NCBI GenBank assembly: GCA_047495785.1
Contig: JBLDXI010000023.1
Location: forward strand, 62,001-126,000
Reading direction: 5' to 3'
Origin: Lepidodermella squamata
Lineage: Eukaryota; Animalia; Gastrotricha
Length of the DNA stretch: 64,000 nucleotides
Part shown: in pieces, positions 13,656 to 26,120 of the stretch
Layout of the letters: each line of letters opens with the position of its first letter
How positions within the stretch are numbered: the first letter of the stretch is position 1
The notes under the pieces: generated by a model
What the model was told of the DNA's origin: nothing
What the model saw: only the letters and a program-made list of their open reading frames with translations
The model's database searches: none
Translations under genes and position numbers: made by a program

Positions 13656-14910
13656 TAAGCCTGAATGTCTTCAGCAGACCACGAAGATACCTTTTCAAGG
13701 AAAGAATGCAATGCCGTAGGCGTCTAATGGTGACTCCCTCTTTCCGATCGCTAGCTAAGGGATTGTTCCGATTTCAAATGTCACTTATTAGGTCGTTTTG
13801 TTGGCGTGGGATGTTCCCCCTTTGCCTATGCGAGAAATCAGACAATTTATGCGACATATAAATTCGATGTTGGATTAGGATTTTCGCGACAAAACTGTGA
13901 TTGACGTGAGCATTCGGAAGGCAAGCGGTCGCACAGCTAGAATGTTGCATTACGCCTTGGAGTTGTTATCACTTGGAGACTAATAATGTCAGGAGGTGAC
14001 GCATGCCGATTAGCTTAGTCAATTGTACGCGGCTTTTAATGTACAGCCGCAGACAAATAGGTGAAACGCCTACGATTGCAGCGGTGAATTCAGCGCATTC
14101 AATGCGAGTGGGAATTACATTTTCTGTGATGCTGCGTCTTTAAGACCCCTCAATCTCAGCGACGGTTCCGCACAGAATGATGTCCCCAGTGTAGAATAGC
14201 TCATATTCAGCGGCTGCACCCGTACACAAAGTGCGAAGCTATTGCGAGTTTCCCCGATGTTGTGCTAGAAGCATTGAACTCATTCACTTTTTTAAGCAAC
14301 AAAGGCGTAACGAGCCAGCATTAAATATTAAAACGATTGTCCTCCCAGTCCGCTACTCTTCCAAATTCCAAATGGCCAGGCGATGCAAGGTCCCATTATA
14401 TTCCAGGATGATCGAACGGCCATCAGCCACCCACTATTCATAATAACTGCTATCGAGGTAATTCAAAATCGGAAAAGCTTGGTAATAAGATGTAAAAGTT
14501 TTCGCAGAGTTGCAAACAAGGCTTTTGGTAGCAGCCATCCAGCAATCCCCCATCCCCCATACTAATTTGTAACTCATCGAAAGTCTGTGAATTTGATTTG
14601 CGTCAAAGGTTTTTAATAAAAAATACTTATATGAGAAAAAGCAGAGCTGTTACTTCTTCTCCGTTTATTTCATTTTCTAACCGATTCCTGTACACATCAT
14701 GGACACAACTGACTAGCGCCGACGTACTGCTTTCGACGCGCCACTTGCACCGAATTGGGGCACTGATGCTGACGGTTGGGTTGGCGTTCGTAGGCGATTT
14801 TCAGCTTTCCTGAGAACATTTTCGAACATGACTGCATTCATCACAACTATCGAAAGATAGCTAAAGCAGATGACGAGCGAGGAGATGGCTACTTGTAGGG
14901 CGCCGAAATC

Positions 14911-16257
14911 CTTGGGACTAATAGTAGATGGACTCGACACTCCTCAAAATTATTCGGACGGGAGCAAAAAATGGCTGAATCGCGATTTTTTTCCACGCTG
15001 AATTTATGAATGAAAATAATCTTGTTTTTACAACAACACGCAGCCTTCTCCCATTAAGCCGCGAAAAATTGTCAATCTTGGGCAATGGGGTCGCGATTTC
15101 TCCGCAGGTATAAGCGATATGAAAATAATTCTTGAAGATTCAAGAAGAGCAACTCAAGACGCATGCGGCGATGCCAAACAGGGGCAATTTTGTTGCCCAT
15201 TTTTGTGATTAAATCCAAATTTCCTAAACAATACCATCTTTCTAATAGTTCAGAAGAAGGCCTGGAAATATAGGAATAATCGCCAATTTTTCTACGATTT
15301 TCGGGGTTTTGATTGAAGGGTTCGGAGTTACAACATTATTTCAATTTTCAATTTTGGTTCAGCTTTTCTAGCCAATTTTTCATTTGCGAAGGTTATGGTT
15401 AGGACGTGGGTTAGTTAAGAGGTGGGTTTGGGTTAATTTCAAAATAGAATTCGCAAAAGAAATAGTTAAAATGTATCTCATATTTTTGTAAAAATACTCG
15501 TATCCTTTCGTTGAAATATCGACTCAAATATGTTTATCCACCTTCATTATTATATTCCTTTGTTAAAAATAGTTAACGCAATCGAAAAGGGAACATAGTA
15601 CTTTGGAGGAAGATCCATAATTTAAATTGGTCTTCGATCAAATGCCGCCTAAAATCTTGCGATTTCTGAAATATTGGCCATACAAATTTTGAACATGCAA
15701 TTTTTGCCAAATTGCAAGGTAAATATTGAATGATTGGGAACCGTTTGGTATTATATTCGCCGCGTGGTCTAGGAACCCTGAAATTCAGTTTTATCGGCAA
15801 ATGAGTCGGGTAAATAATAAGCCTTATCGTGCGTTTTCACCCCAAAAATCAGTTAATTTGTCAGAGAACAGCGTTAAATATTATGCGCACAAGGCGCAGG
15901 CCTGATCGCGGTAGCTTATAATCAAAGTGAAATTTCAGTGGCTTCTAAAGGTGAATACTCAATAAATTTTTCATGGCTGCCTTCCTCGAACGACGATCTA
16001 TGCGACGATTCAATTCATTCAAGAAAAAGGTGTGTAGTTTTGGAGCAATCATGTTCCCCGCATAAAATCGACGACCGAAATTTTGCGTAATGGTGAGATG
16101 CTTGTTTTGGGGTTGAAATTATTGTTAATCGGCCATTTTTTTCTGTGATCAAAACAACACGCGATCAATCTCCACGTTTTTTGCCTCTCTGGTCTCCCCG
16201 AACGATTTATTATGCGTTAGATAGGAAGTGTCGAGTCCATCTACTATTAGTCCCAAG
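14911..16257. mobile_element. Non-autonomous DNA transposon with 31-bp perfect TIRs and 8-bp TSD (P- or hAT-like)
   Basis: TIR CTTGGGACTAATAGTAGATGGACTCGACACT at 14911-14941 and its reverse complement at 16227-16257. TSD CCGAAATC at 14903-14910 and 16258-16265. Removing it restores B2 ...LLASDFG|ALQVAISS... Confidence 0.93.
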
Positions 16258-17553
16258 CCGAAATCACTCGCCAGCAGCAGGCTGATTAGAAGCCCGGCAC
16301 ATATCGTCACACCCTGCAGTTGCACGCATTTGATTGCGAGCTTGAAATCTTGGAGAACAGAGCGGAAACCCACAGGTGGTGATTTCTTCATCTTGCGCTT
16401 CTAAAATCATAAAAGGAATAATTAAAAAATCGAATGGAAGTAAAATTTGACATTACCATGGCGAGGTCGTAGCTTTTGTAGCAAATCATCAGCATGACTA
16501 CACAATGGAGTGAAACAATCGAGGCCAGTAAGCCTCCCGTTTCCCATTTCGCGAGATTTAACCGCAACACGAGGCGAGTTGGCAGATAGGGTTCACTTTG
16601 ATCTTGCGAGTAGTGACGGGCTAGCTGCTCAACTTCTACGTAGGAGAGACCGTCAAACCTGACGAAAGCAGTCATCAGACAGACGTTGACGACCAGCCAC
16701 GGCGATGAGTAACTCAAAGTGTTTAGAACAGATCGCCGCACTGTGCTACTCTTCAGTGATCGCGAAGCTAACACGATTGCACCTCGGTTTATTTTTGCAT
16801 AGAAACTCGCGCAGTGTAATCGTTCGTTAATCCAATCGTTAGAACAAAAGCGGCACAAGTGATGTGGTTAATCAAGCTACTCGCCTTACTCGAGTCATAG
16901 CTCAACGACACCGGACAGTAAAGAAGCATAACAGCATTCGCTGCAAGTATCGCCACATTCTCGCATTTGAAACTGATTTTTTCTATACGCTCTTTGATGC
17001 TGAAAATAGCCAGGAGTAAAATGAGAACAATTCCAAATAAGGAGAATCCTAGTAAACGTAGAGCCATCAATTACGGGCAGAAGCAAGAAAAGCTAATACT
17101 AACCTAAGAGGCATCCCACTGCTGAATGATTGACTGAGTTGAGTACCACAGGAGCCAGTCGGACATTGTCACCCGGGGGTAAGTTAGCTGGGCAACTTCG
17201 CCACAGTGGACCACCATTCAACTGGAAAACAGAGTCATCACTCGATCGGTAATAAGCCATTGCAAAGTTGGACAGCTGCGAGTGCTTCACATCGTATCGC
17301 ATCTGTGAGAAGGTCATGGTGTAGCCGTGGATGTTCTTCGAAGTAACTCGGTCGAACGCGAATACGCCCTTACTCCCGTTTACGTTTAGTGAGCTTATCG
17401 CATCCTTCATCAAGCCTTGAAAGTACCGCCCATTATCGCGAAAATTCGCTGAATCAGTCGTCCATTCTGTGAGTGTTGAATTGAGGCGTGTTCTCAGATT
17501 ACGTTCAATCGCATCGACGGCGAACTCGGTGAATTGAGCGACCTCGTAGCAAT

Positions 17554-17889
17554 GTCTTCCTCTTCCCTCTCTTCCATCTCTTTCTTCCATTTTATTACGA
17601 ACTTATTGCGCCATGTGAGTAATGCGCATACACAACAAAGTATTCAAATATAATAAAAAATGCGCCTTAATAATTTTTGTAATGAAATTTGTCGAATTGT
17701 GATTGGCTCGCGTCAGTGACTCCGCCAGAACTTCCTCTATAAAAGGAAGAATATATTGGAATTGGACAATATTGGACAATATTGGAATTGGAATTGGACA
17801 ATTGGAATAGCATTGGAAGAAGTGGAAGAAGAAGGGAAGAGAGAGTGGAAGAATTGGAAGAAGGAAGAAAGAGAAGGAAGAGGAAGAAA
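17554..17889. mobile_element. Low-complexity insertion with pyrimidine/purine inverted ends and TTGGA(A/C) satellite, inside a B2 exon
   Basis: Flanked by CAAT duplication (17550-17553, 17890-17893). Left end TCTTCCTCTTCC..., right end ...GGAAGAGGAAGA. Absent from B1 and B3, which read WPGDCYEV / WSGDCYEV. Confidence 0.75.
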
Positions 17890-20385
17890 CAATCACCAGG
17901 CCAAACCGAGTATCCAGGAGCCTCTCGTACATTGTAGATTTTCGAATCCATAGCTGCAGTGAAATCTTCGCTAGAAACTCCGAGATCGTCGCGGTATTTC
18001 GGCCCGTAGATGTCACTCAGCCTCGCGTAGGAAACAAATACCCAACTCTCAATCGATTGGCTCAGCATTTGCCTGGTACACCACGACTGCACATAGCTGG
18101 GGATCTGGGCGGTTTCCGGGTCGAAAATGCCCCAGTCTGAGGTGAGAATGACGTAACTTGGCCCGACCATGCCGTTTTTGTAGAGCCAACATGCGAAGGC
18201 GACAACGCCGTCGGTATTCGCGAAAATGATTCGCGGCTCGGCGGATCGCATTGCTTGAAATGCGGTGGACATCTCAGCTTCATCCTCGCATTGGAACGTA
18301 ACCCTGCCGAGCCACACAACGCTAACGTTGAGTCGGCTTAGCATTGGCAGAGAGTATTTCTCGACCTACATCAAATCAGATTATGACGAGATTATAATAA
18401 GATCAGACATTAGGCTAATCTACGATGTTATTGATTTAGTGGATGATTACTATGCGTGGGGCTGGTAACGTCCTAACGTAATGAAGTAGTTGATTTGAAA
18501 TTAGCTGAAATTAAATATGGGAAAAGCGACTATACATTTTACCTGAGAGATGACTTCATAGTGAAAACATTAATACGTTTAGTCTAGCACAGCCCGAATA
18601 TGTGGGTTAACTAGGTGAAATTGGGACATTTAGGTAGGACATTTTGGACATTTTGAATTCGCAAAACTAACGTCATTGTAGTAGGGCACATCCTCTGAGA
18701 AAATGGCAGTCCTGTGCCAGCCGTAGTGCACCATGAGGTGAGCGAGCGACTCGTACAGGAAGGACTATGGGCCCATAGAACAGCTGGTAGACGGCGTCGA
18801 AGCGGCTCGGTTGCGACTGAGCTGCTTCGTTTTGCATGTACACCGTCACTGCGGTCATGTTGAGCTGCTTCACAGACTGGCCAACAGTCGGACACCAGCC
18901 AGTGATAACGAGAGGAATCCGCTTGGGCTGCTCCGTCGTGATGAGCTCACGCATCGTCCGATCAATCGTCGTTGCCTCATCGCACTGTATCAAACGAATA
19001 ATTGATAGTTGAAGGTTTTTTAGCATAGAAAAATGTTCATGCCTCATCGTCGACAACCTGAATTTCGAGGTCGTTGTCTGCCAGCCAGTTGCTACGCCGT
19101 CGCAGTACTTCGAAACGACCCAGCGCGAGCTCCATGGCTTTGGTGCAAAGTGGCCCGACCGCATAGTAACCAGACCCGCCGTAGTTCAAGTGGGCTAGCA
19201 CACTCAGAACGGGCCTTGCTCTGGAGTTGCTGAACGGTTCCGGACGAATCGCCCCGTCGAGACTTGCGTTGAGATGGACTCGCTTGCAAACAACAGCAAC
19301 AGCTGCTGCGGCTAACAGGAGTATAGGGCAGCTAATAAGCGTGTTATAGGTCATGACGGTGGAAGTGAACACAAAATGTCAATCAGTCTACTAAAGAAAA
19401 TCGAAGTCAAAAATGTGTCCTGCGCTCGTAGACGTCGGTGTTTACCGCATTGTATCGTTAATATTTCATCAATAAAAAGCATGCTTCCGCATCACGCATT
19501 CTGCTAAGTCGGCACTTGAGGAGGAACTACGTGGTCGCCATGGTCGAAATACATCAATTAACGTATCATGTGTAAAGCAATCAACATCGATTAGTGCTGA
19601 AGTCTTAAGAACTATTGTCTATCAAGATTGCGATCAGAATGCCCGTTCAACATAGCGTGGATGACTGCCCTATTTTTCCTTATTAGCGTTATTAGAGCTA
19701 TAATTCGGTTAAACAACCGTTTATTAGCAAAATTGTTCCATAACAGAATCTTTTCATTCCTCAAATGAGCGGATGATCATTCTCTCGTTGACTAGACATT
19801 AATTGGTGTGACCTTACGTCAAGAATACATCAGGTCAAGTCAATATTTTCAAGCTTCAACAACAGTCAGAGTTGAAATTCATAGTCTCGATCAAGTGCGA
19901 CAAGTGGGGTTGAATGTAATTTGCCGAGCAGAATATTTCCTCTCCGGTCAGACGCGAGGCAGATTCGCCTTCCTCAAAACTCAAAGAGTAGCAAATAAAA
20001 CATTTTATTTACACGGCCATCTTAAGTGCTGCTATCCGAAAACGCGTCATAAAGTAGCGCTGATGATAGAAGCGCTTCTCACTTATAGCACGGTGCACGT
20101 GTAACCATAAATTTGCGATGTAAGGCGCACTATTTTACACCTATTTTCAACACGTGAATGTCCGCCCCAGCTGAACTACACTACAGGCTCAGCACGATCG
20201 CACGACCCTACGTTTTGTTGCGATCACGCAGATCAATTCGTGCCGCTGTCACCTGAGCTAAAACTTCCGAAACATTCGTCGGTGACTATATGTAAGCACT
20301 GAAAGCAGGATGTCTGATTGAAACTATGCTACTAGCCTTGTGTGAGAAAGTTCGCCCATCGCCCTCAGTGCAAATTTCGACAAAC

Positions 20386-22629
20386 ATGCTTGTTTTGAAA
20401 TGCCTGATTGCTGCCGGATTACTTTCAACTGAAGCAGCAGCGGCCGGTAATAATAACAAGACGAAATTGCGAATCGCAGTCATCACAACCATCGCCCTCA
20501 ACGATCCGAGGCAGGCTCAGGCGTCGATTGCTTTGACGCGATACGTGGCTGACCTAGTCAACAGTCGCAACGACATTCTACGCGATTACTCAATCGAATT
20601 CGATTTCCGCGATGACGTCGCCGGTTTCCAAGCGGCGTCGCGCTTGATCGAATCTCGCCGCGATGCGACCGGCCTGCAATCGCCCATTGTCATCGGCCCA
20701 GTCGCTTCTAGTGGCTGTAAAGCTGTTGGCCCTCTTCTGTACTACGTCAACGCCGTCGCGATCTCACCCCTCTGCGTTGCTTCGATTCTGTACGACAACC
20801 CGCTGATGCCTAATTTGTACCTCACATTGACAAGCGCGAAAACAACAGTCATGGCTATGCTGGTTTTCATGCAGCGAATCGGAAATTGGCAGAAAATCGG
20901 CGTATTAGCTTCAACCAACAGTTTGGAATTCTCGTCAGCCTTATTTCTGCACGATCAGGCTGTGGCTCATGCGATGAAAGTTTCTTTTTTCGATACCATT
21001 AACGAGCTGACCCCAGAATTCATCGCCGATTTGAAGCGGAGCGGTGTTCGAATCATCTCGATTGTGACTAGCAACTACTTGCTGGCATCGCAAGTTCTGT
21101 GCGAGGCCTACAAAGCCGGCATGTACGGACCTCGTTACGTATTCTTGTCCTTCTCGCTAGCTTTCACACTGAGCCCTCCGTCAGGCTGCCAGACGTCTTT
21201 TTTAATGCAGCAGGCAAGACAGGCGTTTTACTTTGGCAATTCTGCGAAGGCGAGAGATTACTCGATAACTAGCGATTTGGGCGATACACCCGAGCAATTC
21301 GAAGCTTTTGTAGCCAATTCGACAAAGCTGAGGCCGGAAGAGTATTTGATAGCCTACGTGAGCCGCGACACGGCGTCAAATGCTATTATGGCTCTCGATG
21401 AAACCGAACGGCGATTGAGCTCTGAATTCGGTCTCTCATTGAGGGATTACACAAATCAACCTGATATTGTAGCCAGAGTCGCTAGAGAAGCTGTTTTGGC
21501 GAAGGAATTTGTCGTAGCAAGAGTTGGCCGCATGAGGTACAGCAAAACTGGCGGGATTTCGGGTGACTTCCGTGTGGTAACTAACTGGTCGCCGCAGAAT
21601 GGCATCCAGCAGGTTTTCACAGTGCAACAAGGGCCTAATTTCACTTTCACGGGTGAATGGCTTGCAAAAAGCTATACGATACAGAAGTCGGCTAGTTATG
21701 CATGGATCAGTGGCTCTCCACCACTAGACCAGCCGATCTTCGACATCACGCTAGTCTCAATCGAATTTGCAGTCACCATTACGATTTTTATTCTAGCAAT
21801 AGGCTTTTCGATACTAACGATTGGTTTGGTATCATGGCTGACTCTGAAAAAACCGGGAAATACTAAGTCCAAAATGCCTCCTTTACTTGGATGTCTGAGT
21901 TTAAACGCCTCTGCAATACTTTTTTCGCTAGAGCCTAATCAGTCCGTGCAAGTTTCTGCTTTCATGCTTTTAGGCCTAGGAATTTCTGCAATCTGCAGTA
22001 GCTTAACATCTCGCCTAGTGATGTGGAACGCCAACGCGCGGAAATCAATCAAGCAAGTGTCGAAGCCCGGGCAGCGTAGCACACTGCGATCGTCACGCAT
22101 GTTTCCTTCGGTAGATCAAGAGCGCGAGTCTAACTCAGAGGTTCGCTTTCAAACCTCTCCGGATGTTTTCGGTTTGAAAGCCATTGGAGCAGCGTTCGGC
22201 TGTTTCTTGCCTAGTGCATGCTTTTTAATAGCATGGGCGGTTTCCGATATGCCAGAGTGCCCACAAGTTCCGGCATTGCCTGCTATTTACGACGAGATCT
22301 CAGATACAATAGAACAGACCTTGGTAGTAAGGTGTTCGATGACTTCTACGGGTCTTGGTCTGCTAGGGGCGGTAGCGGCTCTCAATATGGCGATGATTCT
22401 CGCGAGCCTGTTTTCGGCCTATGAGCTCAAGCAAATGCGAGGCGTAAAGAAGTATCGCAGCGAATTTCTTGCAACAAGTGCATCTGCTGTGGTTTTCGCT
22501 ACTCTGCTGCCTGCGGGGCTGCTGATTGCGATTCTGCTTGGCGGCGATCCGACTAAACAGCAGGCTGCTATCAGTTTCATATCTTTGTCGTTATCATCCG
22601 CCGTTTCCTGTGCTTTCCTGTGCTGTTAG
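20386..22629 (+). CDS. GABA-B-like class C GPCR, subfamily C, copy C1 (intronless, ~747 aa)
   Basis: Single ORF, with the likely ATG at 20386 before a signal peptide. VNSRNDILRDY, PIVIGP, WQKIG, LKRSGVRII, LCEAYKAGMYGPRYVFL, PPLD stalk and 7TM; the stop falls directly after TM7. Confidence 0.9.
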   Translation: MLVLKCLIAAGLLSTEAAAAGNNNKTKLRIAVITTIALNDPRQAQASIALTRYVADLVNSRNDILRDYSIEFDFRDDVAGFQAASRLIESRRDATGLQSPIVIGPVASSGCKAVGPLLYYVNAVAISPLCVASILYDNPLMPNLYLTLTSAKTTVMAMLVFMQRIGNWQKIGVLASTNSLEFSSALFLHDQAVAHAMKVSFFDTINELTPEFIADLKRSGVRIISIVTSNYLLASQVLCEAYKAGMYGPRYVFLSFSLAFTLSPPSGCQTSFLMQQARQAFYFGNSAKARDYSITSDLGDTPEQFEAFVANSTKLRPEEYLIAYVSRDTASNAIMALDETERRLSSEFGLSLRDYTNQPDIVARVAREAVLAKEFVVARVGRMRYSKTGGISGDFRVVTNWSPQNGIQQVFTVQQGPNFTFTGEWLAKSYTIQKSASYAWISGSPPLDQPIFDITLVSIEFAVTITIFILAIGFSILTIGLVSWLTLKKPGNTKSKMPPLLGCLSLNASAILFSLEPNQSVQVSAFMLLGLGISAICSSLTSRLVMWNANARKSIKQVSKPGQRSTLRSSRMFPSVDQERESNSEVRFQTSPDVFGLKAIGAAFGCFLPSACFLIAWAVSDMPECPQVPALPAIYDEISDTIEQTLVVRCSMTSTGLGLLGAVAALNMAMILASLFSAYELKQMRGVKKYRSEFLATSASAVVFATLLPAGLLIAILLGGDPTKQQAAISFISLSLSSAVSCAFLCC

Positions 22630-22823
22630 GCAACAAAACCAACGGCCGAATATTGTGAAATGATTCATTATTATCCTCTATTGCTGCTTTAAAATTGGGC
22701 GACGGGCATAAAAATACATCACGGTACCAATCGTACAGTTGGTTAGCTGGCCTCATTTCTGAGGCTTCTCTCAAAATACGCATCTCTAAGGCACTCGATG
22801 AATCCATACCCTCTGATGTGTTG

Positions 22824-23673
22824 GCACATTTTCCGGCCCGCCGGTGTTTCCTCCGCGCGCGCTCCTATTGGTTGGGGCTTATTGCGCAACATTTCAAGAT
22901 AATTATAGCCTACCCGCGCGCGCGCACTCGAACGCGCCCTGAGCGCCCGTGGAATTATTTCGAAGAACACGCCTTTTTTATGAAAAATTATCAAATTAAA
23001 AAAAAATAAACTGGAAATAGCCATTTTAGGCGCGCTATTTTAGGCTATTTTAGGGTGATGTTAAACACTTCAGGGAAAAATTCTGTTCAAATTTAAAATC
23101 AACTTGAAATACCAATGAAAAAAGCGAAAATACGAGCAAGCAAGCAATGTTTTATTCGATCAAAACAAATTAACTAGCACCAGCCACGGGTGGGCTTTGG
23201 GCGCGTCCTGAAATATTTTCGAATCAACACAATAAATACAGACAAAATACATATTATCTATACATACACGTGCATAACATATGGTTATAATATAAGTTAT
23301 AATACATAATATAAAGTTATAATACGTATAGTTCTGATCATGACGTGGGAATTATTTAAATGAATTGGCGAAGACAGAAAAGAGAGGACAGGAGAATTAC
23401 GCGTTAATTGTTATTACTGTTAGGGTAAACGTGTAATTTAAGAGCGAAAATACGAAAATTTCGCCTTTTATGCCACCCACCACGCATATCCAACCCCTAG
23501 CGCGCCGTTATTCTCCTGAATTTCGGACTTGTACATTTTCCTGCGCGCGGCGCGAGGGTGGGCTGCAATTATTTGTTGCGCAATAAATGCGAGCGAGGCG
23601 TATTTACGCGTAAAACGAGCCAACCAATAGGAGCGCGCGCGCGGAGGAAACACCGGCGGGCCGGAAAATGTGC
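22824..23673. mobile_element. Mutator-type (MULE) MITE with ~50-bp TIRs and 9-bp TSD
   Basis: TIR GCACATTTTCCGGCCCGCCGGTGTTTCCTCCGCGCGC...CTCCTATTGGTTGG at both ends. TSD GATGTGTTG at 22815-22823 and 23674-23682. Confidence 0.9.
23136..23442 (-). mobile_element. 5'-truncated non-LTR retroelement 3' end nested in the MULE MITE
   Basis: 13-bp TSD AGCGAAAATACGA (23123-23135, 23443-23455). Reverse complement of about 32380-32672; ends in AATAAA plus a (TTGC)n tail. Confidence 0.85.
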
Positions 23674-23780
23674 GATGTGTTGTGGTATCAATTATGCATT
23701 TCAACATCAGTTCTCATCATTTTTTCTTCTGTCTGTGGTACTTATCATCTCATTTATCAATGCATTTATCGATTATTCAG

Positions 23781-25610
23781 AAAATCAGACTTTATCGGAT
23801 TGGTTCACCCGGCAGGATCGGCTAATACCGTCGAACGGGAACGAAATAACGTCAATTATAAAACAAGCCATTCTTGACACGCCATTCGTTGGACTGAAGG
23901 CCAATTACGAGTTCAACCGATCGACAGAAGTCGTGAAATCGATGTTTCCGATCAGCTTCGTCCAAACACGAGTCGTGGGGAATGTCACTACAGCGGCAGT
24001 CATAGCTATCGCAGTTCCGGTCAACAACTCGGATCGCACTCTTTCTTTGATGCCTCGGGCTATGCAGTGGCGCACTAGGGGAAACGTACCACCGGTTGAT
24101 GCTTTGAGGATTCTTCCGGTAATGCAGCCTCCCATACCAATAGCTGTGAACTCTTTCTTGAAAGGTGACTAGTGGTTGAAACCTTTTCTTGTTATGAGCT
24201 TATGTTTACAATTTCGTTTGGAAACAGCTGCTGGATCAATGCTGGTTTATTCTGCTTTAGTTTTATTGGCTTTGCCTCATGTAAAGAAGTTCACTGCCAT
24301 GAGACCACACCTCAACTGGAACGTGAGGCTCATGTTGATTGGGGACATTTTACTACTGGTGCATGGTCTCACTGTACCATTCAGCTCAACGGCCCAGACA
24401 GCCATACTTTGCGATTGCCCATCTTTCAAAAATACTATCTCTCGCCTACAGTTACCGTACGACGTTAAAGCTACATATATATCCTTCTACCTTAACTACC
24501 TAATTCTGACTGGGTCCTTGATTTTGGTTAAAATAAATGTAAGTAAAATATCGCTCTCATAAATTATATTAAATTATATTATCTGCACGTGTGATTGTGA
24601 CGTCTGAATCTGTAATATATTTCGAACGACGCACGCGTATACCTCTCGACGCCTATCTATATGTTATATCTATCTATATGTTATCTATACGTTATACGTT
24701 ATATCTATATGTTATATCGCCAAAGAGTTGTGATATTTGTGGTGCGCCCAAAGCCCAACCGTGGCCGGTGCTTTTTATTTCTTTTGAAACAATAAAACAA
24801 ACAGCTTCCTACTTTGCGATGCCCAGGCTGCGGTATGGATCTTAGGCTTCTCGCTGGCCATCTCATCCTGCAACGAGCATCTGTTTCGTAGCAGCACAGC
24901 GACTCACTCCAAGGTATTGCCAGGTTTGCCGTGTCTGGTATGGACCCTGCTGCAAGCCGCTCTGTTCGCTGTTGTTATCTTCGGAAATTCGCACACCAGA
25001 CTCGCGAAAGCAGAACTCAGCAGTCACGTTTATGACGATGAAGGTCGCGCCGCAATACGAGCATTTCGTTTCGATTGCACGTTTGGCTTTTTCGATTCGA
25101 AATCGTCAACCGCAGTTTTCGCCGTTGCTCTCATTCTGCACGCGCTCATGTTTCTTTTTCTGGTCAAATCAGCGTTGATGGCTATCAAGTACCAAGGAAG
25201 AGCTAAGCGACAGGTGAGTTGTAAATCTAGAGCTTGATGTTAACAGATTCTTATTTGAACAGCGTGTCGCCACTCGCCGTTTCAACTGGATCGCTGCGTT
25301 CGCCTTCGGTGGCTTTGGCCTGGTCGTTGCTTCTGCTTTGATAGTCATCCTCGACATGTGGAATACGCAACACGTCGTGTCAACCATCGCATTAGCATCG
25401 ATATGTTTCGTTGCCCTAAATCAGGCGGCTGTTATGAAGCATTTGATACAGAAGCCCGTTTCTACGGCGCGTAAGGGCGTGGAGACTTGGGTTACCCCCA
25501 GGTCAGTATTCTTCAACAAGACAAATGTAATTCAGGCGAGTCAAGGTTCGCTAAGTTCGGCATCCCGTTCGGTTATTGTCAAAGTTCGACCTATCGGAAA
25601 AACGGGCTGA
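23781..25610 (+). pseudogene. Partial subfamily-A GPCR (A3): only the last three exons, close paralog of the A4 3' half, with a retro-insertion in TM3
   Basis: Begins at acceptor AG 23779-23780 (NQTLSDWF...), with exons to 25610 and high similarity to 31989-33783. No upstream VFT exons lie between C1 and this point. Confidence 0.85.
24416..24809 (+). mobile_element. 5'-truncated non-LTR retroelement 3' end inserted in A3 TM3
   Basis: 11-bp TSD TACTTTGCGAT (24405-24415, 24810-24820). Shares the 3' motif GCGCCCAAAGCC..TGGCCGGTGCT...AATAAAACA with the copies at 23136 and 32254. Contains a TATC/TATG microsatellite. Confidence 0.85.
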
Positions 25611-25619
25611 AGGGCAGAA

Positions 25620-26120
25620 GGGTTTTTTTTTATTCGCAACACTTCGAACAGTATATACTGTATTTTGTGTATTATTGTTCGAAAATAGCACTCTCTACAA
25701 AAAATGCAATAATTTTCTAAGCGTTCGTAAATTCGCTGTTTTTTATACAGCATAAAGTGTATTTTTCCAACACATAATTTTCGAATCTGTGCAAAATGCA
25801 GAAATAGTGAACCATTCGCATATGTGACTTTCTTAACTAGGCGAAATCGATGTGGAGGGTTCGACTCCTCGTGGGGTCAAGCCATTTTTTTTCTTCTAAT
25901 TTTCACCCCAGCACTTTTTATGCGCACAATCAGCCCCATTTCTACACTTTGCACACTTTTTCTGGCTGTATTTTTTGTTGGAAAAATAGGGCTGTATTTT
26001 CTGTATTTTTTTTCGAATTCGTAGAAAATACAGGAGAAATACAGTATTTCTGTAGCGAATTTTTGAATGCAACAAACTGTAGCTGTAGCTGTATTTTTTG
26101 TTGCGAATAAAAAAAACCCC
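25620..26120. mobile_element. MITE-like element with ~22-bp TIRs and an internal tRNA B-box-like motif
   Basis: GGGTTTTTTTTTATTCGCAACA at the left and TGTTGCGAATAAAAAAAACCC at the right. CTGTATTTT/AAATACAG subterminal repeats. GGTTCGACTCC at ~25858. No TSD recognised. Confidence 0.6.

Larger units (their letters stand above)
14713..19354 (-). pseudogene. GABA-B-like class C GPCR, subfamily B, copy B2 (pseudogene)
   Basis: Collinear with B1 and B3. Carries an in-frame deletion (VGQSV-----KQLN vs VGQSVIAQALKQLN), frameshifts near 18700-18770 and ~16830, a 336-bp insertion in the GDC|YE motif and a 1347-bp transposon between TM6 and TM7. Confidence 0.88.

Noticed and set aside
15390-15435. Telomere-like GGTTAG repeats (also TAACCCTAGCCCTAA near 54601)
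   Set aside because: Too short and degenerate, and inside TE sequence.
17554-17889. Insert acting as a new intron (introner), since it begins GT on the coding strand
   Set aside because: The 3' end is purine-rich, the nearby AG choices give a frameshift or a TGA, and the host gene has other lesions.
17667-17890. Long hydrophobic F/L/S/P-rich ORF tails, and the many antisense ORFs in the six-frame track
   Set aside because: They are translations of low-complexity insertions, read-through into introns, or shadows of real genes on the opposite strand.
25840-25885. tRNA gene
   Set aside because: Only a B-box-like GGTTCGACTCC is present; no convincing A box or cloverleaf, and it lies inside a MITE-like element.
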